DNA of 64,000 bases from positions 128,001 through 192,000 of the IMG/VR virus record IMGVR_UViG_3300011559_000001, one strand, 5' to 3'. Below the pieces are notes generated by a model, which was given only the letters and a program-made list of their open reading frames with translations, searched no databases and was not told the origin of the DNA. The position numbers and the translations under genes were made by a program. Source of the DNA: a virus. Its lineage: Duplodnaviria; Caudoviricetes. Below are positions 56,501 through 64,000 of the stretch, piece after piece. The stretch's first letter is position 1, and every line of letters begins with the position of its first letter.

Positions 56501-58085
56501 GCGCCTGAAGGGCTACGAGCGTTTTGCTGGTGCGCTGTACGCAGAGATGGTCAAGGCGATCCGTCAGCAGCGCTCGCGCGGCTCGATGGCCAATGCCAAG
56601 ATTGACATGCATCCTGATGCGGTGTGGATCGGTATCCAGTTGGATCCGGTGAAGAAGGCAGTGGAAGAGTCCAACCCCGTGCACAACGCACGTGAGCCTG
56701 AGGAAGTGACTTTCTCGGGCGTGGGTGGTCGTTCCAGTCGCTCGATGGTGGGCCGTACCCGTGTGTTCCATGAGAATGACATGGGCGTGATCTCTGAGTC
56801 CACCAAGGACTCGGCGGATGTGGCTATCACTACGTTCACCCCGGCCGATCCGACCCTGCTCAACGTTCGCGGCATCACCCGTCGCTTCGATCCGAGCAAG
56901 GATGGCATCACCTCGATCATGTCCACGCCGGCATTGCTGTCGCCGGGTGCCGATCGTGACGATCCCAAGCGTGTGAACTTCATCCCCATCCAGCACTCCT
57001 CCGGTACGTTCGCCAAGGGCTACCGTCCGACCCCGTTGCGTACGGGCTATGAGCGTGTGTTGGCCCACCGTTGCGATGACATGTTTGCCGCCGTGGCAGA
57101 CCAAGACGGTGCGGTGACCTCGATCAATGATCGGGGTATGGTCATCACCTACGCCGATGGCAAGACCCGTTCGATTCAGCTGGGTCGTCGCTTTGGTAAG
57201 GGTGGTGGTTTGATGTTCCCGCATCAGCTTGTCTCGGACCTGACTGCCAACAGCACCTTCAAGAAGGGTGATGTGGTGGCCTACAACGAACGTTACTTCC
57301 AGGCAGATATGCTCACCCCCGGACAGGTGGTGTGGAAGGCGGGCTTGCTGGTCAACACGGCGATCATGGAAAACCCCGATACGCTGGAAGACTCCTCGGT
57401 CATCACCACCCGTGTGGCAAAGGAGTTGGAGACGGAGATCACCTTTGTACGCGACATCGTCGTGGGCTTTGATCAGAGCGTGCACAACCTGGTGGAAGCC
57501 GGGAGCGCGGTCGACATCGACAGTATCCTATGTACGATCGAGGACGCTGTGACGGCTGAGAACGGTTTGTTCGACGACAACTCGTTGGACATGCTGCGCT
57601 TGCTGGCCGCCAATACGCCGCGTGCGAAGTACAAGGGTCTGGTGGAGCGCGTTGAAGTGCTCTACCACGGCGAGATCGATGACATGTCCGCATCGCTGGC
57701 AGAGATTGCCTCCAACAGCGATCGTGAGCGCAAGCGTCAAGCACGTGCGCTGGCCCAGCAGTCGCTGACCGGTAAGGTGGATTCTTCCACCCGTATCCAG
57801 TCCAAGCCGCTGCCGGTGGACAACATGGTCATCCGCGTTTACATCACCAGTCCTGCTTCGGCAGGTGTCGGCGACAAGGCTGTGTTCGGCAACCAGCTGA
57901 AGACGGTGATCGGTCGTGTGATGACCGGTGTGAACGAGACCAAGTCGGGTATCCCGCTGGATGCCATCTTCAGCTACGCTTCGATCTCCAACCGAATCGT
58001 GCGCAGTCCTGAACTCATGGGCGTCACCAACGTCCTCCTCAAGCTCATCAGTCAGCGCATGGTAAATGCGTACAAGGGAAAGTAA
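53583..58085 (+). CDS. rpoB: Virion RNA polymerase beta subunit, large N-terminal part (phiKZ gp178-like)
   Basis: RKQRGD.PIRK…ALTSYY.K, G.GGRS, GVISEST.DS..V, DDPKRVNF, EDSS, GVGDK..FGNQLKTV motifs. Confidence 0.93.
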   Translation: MLNPLNPASWTLLPNRPEYFPPGNGECYQSPPEDGLLTFSAEAYVTLGEQVSLEAQPLYTPYFRKYGVLRAVQLAAPLLNKLTALELPKDTVLHYMPEDETEIGIPQNHSILANNTRLLMTEHITTLGDNKGNPRPLPVPAAQFKRDYQRLNRRTREMTKPETTMRDPITIVVENYALLNHLYRYPTNYFRAYSKWWNIQAALWTRAGQIGKDYPHRNQFLQCRLPTLLPTMALLRRGEGEMTRNLLSSFTQPESLLILEIWKWLGERRAESVLSKAAPEHLANMNLIFIEQDRWLMINLGLLDTWRKRPEEEGGNDTHKGILDPLMIQKRFLRLLMSLMEVRTGSTGEAPVSEIDTAVVAVDTETAPGSAETPDTVMTVARTEPVKLVVPTEDGKTTKVKLTANLNLDRLPTELVEETPENQAAIDEAITRDLDALDRVMARFQEQRTEGEEDAPVDTSTGEISAMIKYEPQWRSLQSGVMNKMDQLADAGLCSGAEYRRMTALSTAYQRLPNPFGEGVLADMAEIKPEELTLPTEAQIPDMATVPDKTMLKSTIKDFDAHYLENVYRKDLVRCVLAVQNSGVAVTGFSADEYKDVLNHYEKYSIQLTPVQGKVSTINAKLPRVSNDGTYVDNGSRYRMRKQRGDMPIRKLSPARVALTSYYNKVFVTRSEKQVSNYPGWITNQIAAMAINESNEKITHSMLADVADTTIMTPRIYSIMAARFRSFHLTDKTGVYEFFFDYHARKAEYGSELVESLEKDGLLVIGRMQASKNLLLVDSTNTLYEAQGLELRTIGSMESLLDLNGRAPAETAEIRIFGKQVPVGLFLAYQLGLTELFKLMGVTPRKVPTGTRAYMGEDEIALRFEDEMWIFPQDQGSRTLILSGLAQYEKITRNYPVHLFDRKDIYYNVLEQARIGVRYLREMDLLVEMFVDPITEDILKEMGEPTDFISLVLRACQLLETDWSPAETDMAYMRLKGYERFAGALYAEMVKAIRQQRSRGSMANAKIDMHPDAVWIGIQLDPVKKAVEESNPVHNAREPEEVTFSGVGGRSSRSMVGRTRVFHENDMGVISESTKDSADVAITTFTPADPTLLNVRGITRRFDPSKDGITSIMSTPALLSPGADRDDPKRVNFIPIQHSSGTFAKGYRPTPLRTGYERVLAHRCDDMFAAVADQDGAVTSINDRGMVITYADGKTRSIQLGRRFGKGGGLMFPHQLVSDLTANSTFKKGDVVAYNERYFQADMLTPGQVVWKAGLLVNTAIMENPDTLEDSSVITTRVAKELETEITFVRDIVVGFDQSVHNLVEAGSAVDIDSILCTIEDAVTAENGLFDDNSLDMLRLLAANTPRAKYKGLVERVEVLYHGEIDDMSASLAEIASNSDRERKRQARALAQQSLTGKVDSSTRIQSKPLPVDNMVIRVYITSPASAGVGDKAVFGNQLKTVIGRVMTGVNETKSGIPLDAIFSYASISNRIVRSPELMGVTNVLLKLISQRMVNAYKGK

Positions 58086-58088
58086 GTC

Positions 58089-58301
58089 ATGTCCAACATC
58101 CAACAGAAAGCGCTGCAGCGCTCCAACGTGCCGTTGCTTGCCAACGCGCTCGAATTGGGCGCGCAGGGCATCCTTCAGGTCGCAGGCAATGCCATCACCA
58201 ATACGGTTGATGGTAAGCCGCTGACGCCGGCGTTCCTGCATTCGGCCCTCGCGGGCCGGGTGCAGTCGCTGATCAACAACAACACCAAGACCGGGAGCTG
58301 A
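58089..58301 (+). CDS. Small virion protein
   Basis: Fills the gap in the RNAP-protease operon. Confidence 0.65.
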   Translation: MSNIQQKALQRSNVPLLANALELGAQGILQVAGNAITNTVDGKPLTPAFLHSALAGRVQSLINNNTKTGS

Positions 58302-58306
58302 TCGCC

Positions 58307-59746
58307 ATGTCCCTGAGCAATACTTCGGTGGGCATGGCCCAGATCGTCAGCCAGTCCCTGCAGAACAAGGGCATCGAACTGTCCGCTGTTCCTGAAACCC
58401 CGGTCGGCGTGCTGACCGACCTGTCGACCCAGCAACTGGTCATCGACGAAAACGCCAAGCTCGCCGCCGGCGGCTACGAACGTCCGGAGCTGAACGTCTC
58501 GTTGCTCTCCGGTGCCGACGACGCCCTGCCGGGTCAGCCGCACTCGGCCCACTCGCTCCAGATGGAGCAGTCGGTGCAGATGCTGACCACTGCCCTGAAC
58601 GGTGCGCTGGACCTGGCCCAGAACGTGGTCACCCCGACCATCGATCGCTGCGTCAAGGCCGTGGCCGATTCCATCAGTGCCGCCCTGGAAGCGACCCAGT
58701 CGCCGCTGGAGATCATCCAGCAGCGTCCGGATCCGATCTTCTCCTCGGCCTACCTGCAGGAATCCACCGAGCGCTACGTCAACCAAAACCGCGTCATCTC
58801 CCTGCGTTCGCTGGGTCTGAATGCTGCCAGCATCGCCGGCAACATCCGCGCTCTGGTCCTGACCGGTCATGCCGGTATGGACGAGCAGCTGACCGCGTTC
58901 ATGGACCGCGTCGGTGATGACTTCGTCGTGAGCGTGTGGGACCGCATCTTCGGTGCGGCCTGTGCAACCTCCGACGACGTCTACTCGCGTCAAGGCCAGG
59001 AAAAGGAAGCCGTGCTGGCTTACTTCTTCGGTGCCAAGATGGCGCAGGAAATCCCCTCGGGCCTGAACATCGAGCTGGGTGCCTACCGCGACCATTGCGC
59101 TTCGGTGCTGGCCTCGGCCGGTGCGTCGATCCAGAACTTCTACCGTCAGCGTGAGCAGAGCGCCACCAGCGGCCGGATGGTTCTGACCTATCCGATGCAG
59201 GAACAGCCGCACGGTTCGGTCGTGGTCGACGGCGACAAGTACGCACTGTGGATCAGCCAGGGCGGTTCGCCCGAAGCGCTGTTTGCCACCGTCTACGGTG
59301 ATCGCAACTTCGACAACGCCCGCATGATCGATCGCAAGGAACACCTGACCGGCGACTGGTCGCGCGTGATGGCCATGTACCAGAGCACGATCGCTTCCAA
59401 GCGCTTCGACGCTGCGGTGCAGGGCCTGAAGAACCAGCTCACCACCGAGATCAACGAGATCCCGGACAACGAGCTGGTCGGCGAGCGCGCCGAGTACCAT
59501 GCCCGTCTGCGTGAGCGCCTGAGCCACGCCAAGATGCGCGACCTGGATGACCAGTGGCACTGGGCCCGCAAGGCCGTCTGCCGCGTGCTCTATCCGCACA
59601 CCGACGCCGAAGCCCTGCTGCAGGGCATCGACGAGCAGGCCAAGCACAACCCGGAAACCCCGGTGCGTGAACTGGCCCTGTACGCCACGATCGACCTGGT
59701 CGCTCGCTGGCTGGTGAATCAGCTGGCTCGCCAGCACCACAACTGA
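58307..59746 (+). CDS. Head/ejection protein (phiKZ gp177-like)
   Basis: Synteny; GGSPEAL motif; strong codon bias. Confidence 0.7.
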   Translation: MSLSNTSVGMAQIVSQSLQNKGIELSAVPETPVGVLTDLSTQQLVIDENAKLAAGGYERPELNVSLLSGADDALPGQPHSAHSLQMEQSVQMLTTALNGALDLAQNVVTPTIDRCVKAVADSISAALEATQSPLEIIQQRPDPIFSSAYLQESTERYVNQNRVISLRSLGLNAASIAGNIRALVLTGHAGMDEQLTAFMDRVGDDFVVSVWDRIFGAACATSDDVYSRQGQEKEAVLAYFFGAKMAQEIPSGLNIELGAYRDHCASVLASAGASIQNFYRQREQSATSGRMVLTYPMQEQPHGSVVVDGDKYALWISQGGSPEALFATVYGDRNFDNARMIDRKEHLTGDWSRVMAMYQSTIASKRFDAAVQGLKNQLTTEINEIPDNELVGERAEYHARLRERLSHAKMRDLDDQWHWARKAVCRVLYPHTDAEALLQGIDEQAKHNPETPVRELALYATIDLVARWLVNQLARQHHN

Positions 59747-59754
59747 GGTGATCC

Positions 59755-60480
59755 ATGGATCCTTCAGTGTTGAAACGTGATGCCAGCAAGGTCAAAGCTG
59801 CGCTGGTGGAACAACCTGACGGATCGGTGCTCACCACTCGCCCGCTCAAGATCTACGTACCTGAAAAGTACATGGAGAAGGGGCTGGGCGAGATCGGGTC
59901 GGAAACGTACATCGTGGGTGTCTTTGCGATGGTGGTGGATGACAAGTATTACGGCGTGAGTAAGATCAACGCCATGATGCGAATCAAGCCCACCACCATT
60001 TCCACGGTGAAGTTCGATGGCGACTCCTACTTGGAGTTTTACTTCGAACCGGGTTCGGTGGTCATTGCGACCACCGACCTGCTCAAGACCGACACGTTGG
60101 TCTACCACATCTTCTACTACTTCATCTCCAATGGCTCTGTGCCGTGGTTCATGTCGTATGAGGACGTGGCGACCTTGTTTGAAAGCGCCGACCGTCATGC
60201 AGGCGTGAGTCTGTCTCGAAGCCACACGATCCTGGAGATGTTTGCCGCAGCCATTGCGCGTAACCCGAACCAGCGAACCGAGTACTTCCGGCATACCCTT
60301 GATGACACTGCTGTCAAACCGACCAATGCGCCGGCGTGGATTGCCCTGCGAAATATCTCGCTGGGTGCGACCAACACCACCGCACGCCTGATGGGTTCCT
60401 ATTGGGCTGACGGTCTGACTTCCGCTCTGACCAATCCGAGCAGCCGCTTGGAACGGATCGAGCAACTTCTGCGCAGTTAA
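59755..60480 (+). CDS. phiKZ gp176-like protein, probable small virion RNAP subunit
   Basis: Synteny; C-terminal ATNTTARLMGSYW.DGLTSAL…E.LLR. Confidence 0.7.
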   Translation: MDPSVLKRDASKVKAALVEQPDGSVLTTRPLKIYVPEKYMEKGLGEIGSETYIVGVFAMVVDDKYYGVSKINAMMRIKPTTISTVKFDGDSYLEFYFEPGSVVIATTDLLKTDTLVYHIFYYFISNGSVPWFMSYEDVATLFESADRHAGVSLSRSHTILEMFAAAIARNPNQRTEYFRHTLDDTAVKPTNAPAWIALRNISLGATNTTARLMGSYWADGLTSALTNPSSRLERIEQLLRS

Positions 60481-60490
60481 GGAAAAGGCG

Positions 60491-61294
60491 ATGAGTGGTT
60501 TCTCCCTGTCCTGCACCGCGCTCTTGGGTACCAACAAAGCCGGAACCCTGAAGCCCGATGCAGATGGCTATTACACCGTGGTGTTGGGCGCGCTTGACGT
60601 GTTCAACTCCGGCGGTGCGTTCTACCCCGAGGCTTCGGCCAAACACCTGTTCCAGCAGTCCTCCTCGCTGATGCGTCGTATTGCCTCGGGCAATCTGCGC
60701 GGCGAGTACGGTCATCCGCGCCCGCAGCCCGGCATGTCTTCGGACGAGTGGGTCAATCGCGTGCGCGACATCTACGAGCCGAATGTGTGTATGCACATTC
60801 GCAAGGTGACCGTGGACTACACCTCCTTCCGCAACGCACAGGGCCAGCCGATCATCACGATCGTCGGCGAAGTGCGCCCGTCCGGCCCGCAGGGTCCGGC
60901 GCTGAAGGAACAGCTGGACAACCGCCACGAGGACGTGTGCTTCTCGATTCGTTCGCTGACCAATGATGACTTCCAGTACGGGCGCGTTACCAAGCACCTG
61001 AAGCTGATCGTCACCTGGGACTACGTGAACGAGCCGGGTCTGGCACAGGCCCACAAGTGGAACTCCCCGTCGCTGGAATCGCGTGACAAGGACACCATGG
61101 TGTCTTATGGCAACGATGAAGCACGTTCGCTGGCTGAGCAACTGATCCTGCCGGGTCAGATCATGGCCATGAACAAGCGCCAGCGCGCCATGGGCGTTTC
61201 GATGGAATCGGACGGCGGTGTCTCGCTGGAATCGATCGTCGAGGCGATCACCGTGGAACCTGAAGCACAGCGGCCGGTCTCGGCTCGCTGGTAA
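60491..61294 (+). CDS. Prohead (head maturation) serine protease (phiKZ gp175-like)
   Basis: GEYGHP (His), FSIRS (Ser), TWDYVNEPG; C-terminal SLES/SMES/SLES autocleavage motifs. Confidence 0.9.
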   Translation: MSGFSLSCTALLGTNKAGTLKPDADGYYTVVLGALDVFNSGGAFYPEASAKHLFQQSSSLMRRIASGNLRGEYGHPRPQPGMSSDEWVNRVRDIYEPNVCMHIRKVTVDYTSFRNAQGQPIITIVGEVRPSGPQGPALKEQLDNRHEDVCFSIRSLTNDDFQYGRVTKHLKLIVTWDYVNEPGLAQAHKWNSPSLESRDKDTMVSYGNDEARSLAEQLILPGQIMAMNKRQRAMGVSMESDGGVSLESIVEAITVEPEAQRPVSARW

Positions 61295-61296
61295 GC

Positions 61297-61333
61297 AGCA
61301 TACGCCCCCGCCTTCGGGCGGGGGTTTATGTCG
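61297..61333. terminator. GCATA-hairpin-TATG element
   Basis: CAGCATAC-GCCCCCGCC-TTCG-GGCGGGGGT-TTATGTCG. Confidence 0.8.
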
Positions 61334-61414
61334 TCGGTAAAAAAAGAATAGACCCGTACTATTGATATGCAGAGGCCCCTAAGTGGCCTGACCTGCTAAC
61401 CCTGTAGAGGAGCA

Positions 61415-61543
61415 ATGCCCATGAAGGACACCACCGGCTTCGTCTCGCAGACGACGCCCGATTGGATCGATGGCTTCGGCGAAGGTCTGCGCAACGGTTG
61501 CGATGAGACCGTCGGCGGCCTGATCGAACGCGACGGCATCTGA
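61415..61543 (+). CDS. Small acidic peptide (42 aa), absent from the ORF track
   Basis: AGAGGAG RBS; MPMKDTTGFVSQTTPDWIDGFGEGLRNGCDETVGGLIERDGI; followed by its own hairpin-TTTATG at 61556-61587. Confidence 0.6.
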   Translation: MPMKDTTGFVSQTTPDWIDGFGEGLRNGCDETVGGLIERDGI

Positions 61544-61655
61544 TCGAACAGCCTGGCCGCCCCACCCTTCGGGGTGGGGCTTTATGGCGTGTGAAGGAAA
61601 CGTGTAAAGTTTGACAGGTCGGCAAGGTCTTGTAGACTTTCTCCAGCCCGCCGCC

Positions 61656-62936
61656 ATGAACGAACTTTTCGCAGCCTACACTGAGCTGCTCAAAACCAAT
61701 CCTTTGGTCGCTTCAATCCTACCGCTCTACGTGGCTGGTGTGGCGACGTTCTTCTTTCGCAACGTCCCCATCAAGATCTGGACGACTATCAAGAACCAGT
61801 CGACCACCACACTGAACATGCTTTCCACGGGTGCTGGTTCGGCTGACATGCAGTACTTCAGTTTTCTGGAATGGTTCGTCAAGCGCGGCTTCATGCGCTG
61901 GTCCCGTTCACTGGCCGTTGAGTCGGCCTACAGCAAGGACGCCGATGGTAAGGTGTTGCCGGGTAACGGTATCCACTACTTCATCTGGAAAGGTCGGCTG
62001 TGTTGGTTACAGAAGTCGCGTGTGGAACAAGGCGGTACGCAATGGCAGATCACCCATTCGATCACAGTGGGTATGATTGGTCGTAATCAGCAGTTGCTGC
62101 AGGATATGGTCGACGAGTTCCGCTGGAAGCCCAGTAAGGAACGCGGCCATCTGTTCACTGCCGATCTGGCCGCTGCCAGCTGGTCGACACAGCACAAGAT
62201 CTCCCCGCGTCGACTGGAGACCATCGTGCTCAATGCGGGCATCATGGAGGGCCTGGTTGACCGCATCCAGTGGTTCCTCGACAACCGTGACTGGTATGAA
62301 ACCCGCGGCCTGCCTTACCGCTTGGTCATCTTGCTGGAAGGTCCGCCGGGTACGGGTAAGACCAGTCTGCTGCGCGCACTGACCACGCACTTCAAGCGTA
62401 ACCTGTGTCCGCTGAATCTGGCCACGGCCAGTGAAGAGAAGCTTCCGTATCTGCTGCGTAATGCGCCGGCGGAGTCGTTCATCATCATGGAAGACTTCGA
62501 TGCCTGCCCGGCCGTACTCAAGGCCGAAGCGCAGACCAAGGCCGACAACCCCGCTGCACAGATGGCGGAGATCTTCGGTCGCTCGGGCAAGTCGGCGCTG
62601 CTGCAAGCGCTGGACGGGGTGGACGTGTTGGATGGTCAGGTGATCTTCCTGACGACCAACTACATCGAACGCATCGAGCCGGCGGTGATCCGCGATGAGC
62701 GCGTCAACGAACAGGTCCATCTGGGTCTGCTCAACGACGAAGCCATCCACCGTTATATCGGACGAGTATTCCCCGAACACACTGGCGAGCCGCCGGTGGT
62801 CTACGCGCCTATCGCAGGTGCGACGTTGCAAAAGTTGTACGTGCGTAATCACGAATCCTACCGGGACTTCATCACTGCCATCCCGGTGGCCAATCCCGAC
62901 GCATTGTCGGTCAATCAGGAAGAGGAGGTTGTGTAA
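61656..62936 (+). CDS. BCS1-like membrane-anchored AAA+ ATPase
   Basis: N-terminal TM helix, PGNGIHYFIWKGR (BCS1_N-like), WY..RGLPYR…LLEGPPGTGKTS, IIMEDFD, LLQALDGV, FLTTN. Confidence 0.85.
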   Translation: MNELFAAYTELLKTNPLVASILPLYVAGVATFFFRNVPIKIWTTIKNQSTTTLNMLSTGAGSADMQYFSFLEWFVKRGFMRWSRSLAVESAYSKDADGKVLPGNGIHYFIWKGRLCWLQKSRVEQGGTQWQITHSITVGMIGRNQQLLQDMVDEFRWKPSKERGHLFTADLAAASWSTQHKISPRRLETIVLNAGIMEGLVDRIQWFLDNRDWYETRGLPYRLVILLEGPPGTGKTSLLRALTTHFKRNLCPLNLATASEEKLPYLLRNAPAESFIIMEDFDACPAVLKAEAQTKADNPAAQMAEIFGRSGKSALLQALDGVDVLDGQVIFLTTNYIERIEPAVIRDERVNEQVHLGLLNDEAIHRYIGRVFPEHTGEPPVVYAPIAGATLQKLYVRNHESYRDFITAIPVANPDALSVNQEEEVV

Positions 62937-63394
62937 TGGGTCATGTCACCCGTCATGAAGTTGGCGAGTTGATCAAGCGTTTCGAAGACCGCGTCATGCC
63001 CAAGAGCATGTCGCTGGGGATGCCCGGTCTGCTGTATCAGGGTATCAACGCGGTCAAGTTCGAGCTGAGCAAAACGACCGGGGCGCCGGAGCTCCAGTTG
63101 CGCAACTACGCACGGGTGCTGAAGCATTACATCGAAGCGCCGGTGGATCCGAAGAACATCTACTACGCCAACACCGCGATCCATCTGGTGGGCGAGAACA
63201 AGATGGATGCAACGGCCGCCATCAAGAAGGCTCGCAAGACCTATGAAGCGATGATGGACCCCAAGCGTATCCAGAAGGATGCGAAGAAGGCCATGCAGCG
63301 CATCCAGGCCGAAGAACAGCGGCAGGCCGAACAGCTCGCTACGCAGCAGCGTGGTGTGGCCGCTGAGCAGTCCGCTCAGCAGTCGGCCGGTTAA
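62936..63394 (+). CDS. Hypothetical protein with helical C-terminus
   Basis: TAATG-coupled to the ATPase. Confidence 0.7.
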   Translation: MGHVTRHEVGELIKRFEDRVMPKSMSLGMPGLLYQGINAVKFELSKTTGAPELQLRNYARVLKHYIEAPVDPKNIYYANTAIHLVGENKMDATAAIKKARKTYEAMMDPKRIQKDAKKAMQRIQAEEQRQAEQLATQQRGVAAEQSAQQSAG

Positions 63395-63398
63395 ACCA

Positions 63399-63435
63399 CA
63401 GCATAGGCGGGAGGGCAACCTCCCGCTTTATGCCC
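63399..63435. terminator. GCATA-hairpin-TATGC element
   Basis: CAGCATAG-GCGGGAGG-GCAA-CCTCCCGC-TTTATGCC. Confidence 0.78.
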
Positions 63436-63450
63436 TACACAGAGGAAACA

Positions 63451-64000
63451 ATGAGCGCAACGAACGATACGGGCAACGTCGTCCACTTCAACTCCAAGCT
63501 CATCGGCAATAGCGCGCAGGAGATGGTGAATTATCTCAAGGCCGTCGGTGCGCCGATTGCACTGCAGAAGATTCTGTTGGGGGCCTCCAAAGACCACTTC
63601 ACCCTGTTCAACGCCAACGGCAAGCTTTCGTTCAACTTGAACGCGCGTGTCACCCGCGGTATCTTCGAAATGCGTCTTTCGACCGACGATCCTGAAAATG
63701 AAGGGTCGGTCATTCCGTTGGTGTTCGTCTCCAGCAGTATGATGCACATGGGCCATTACGCCGCTGTGTCCGGTCTGACGCCGGTAGAAATTCCCGACTG
63801 GGACAGTACGTCGAAATTCTTCAGTGGGGAACTTCACGGCATCACCGATGCGGTCGGGTCGGTGACTGATACGCCAGGGCTTAACGAAGCCTTTGCCTTC
63901 GGCCTGAATATCTTGGGCGACTTGGTACGGTACACATCTCAGGTCTACGTCACCGTCGAGGAATCGAAGGACAACACCGGCAGTCGTCACTACATGTCCA
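63451..64000 (+). CDS. Hypothetical protein, 3' truncated by the window
   Basis: AGAGG RBS; MSATNDTGNVVHF… stays open to the window end. Confidence 0.7.
   Translation, partial: MSATNDTGNVVHFNSKLIGNSAQEMVNYLKAVGAPIALQKILLGASKDHFTLFNANGKLSFNLNARVTRGIFEMRLSTDDPENEGSVIPLVFVSSSMMHMGHYAAVSGLTPVEIPDWDSTSKFFSGELHGITDAVGSVTDTPGLNEAFAFGLNILGDLVRYTSQVYVTVEESKDNTGSRHYMS

Noticed and set aside
53583-58085. Inteins or introns in the beta subunit, UvsX or SbcC
   Set aside because: Reading frames are continuous, lengths look normal, and no Cys…His-Asn insertion was seen.

Overview
This 64 kb window is part of a GC-rich phiKZ-like jumbo myophage genome (probably Chimalliviridae-type). The family call rests on gene content and order: split virion RNA polymerase subunits, gp175-type prohead protease, gp181-type tail lytic transglycosylase, SbcC, UvsX, RNase H and RuvC. 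A Xanthomonadaceae host is only a guess from base composition and the tail-tip modules. Bases 1-16 kb hold the tail-fibre/receptor-binding region: two S74-chaperoned fibres, one long His-repeat fibre, three paralogous small adhesin-like tip genes, and a tip protein ending in 20 Gly plus a Hint (intein-like) domain. Bases 16-38 kb mix virion, recombination, lysis (spanin pair) and accessory genes (two GNATs, a NADAR-like tandem pair). Bases 38-61 kb are the conserved tail / virion RNAP / head-maturation block. An ORF-less 401-nt group I intron splits the catalytic ADFDGD motif of the virion RNAP beta' gene. Non-coding signals include a family of GC hairpins followed by TTATG rather than a U-tract, and an unassigned three-way-junction RNA at about 4.5 kb. 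No tRNA, rRNA, CRISPR array or transposase was seen. All product calls come from motif recognition and synteny recalled from memory; no database search was run.
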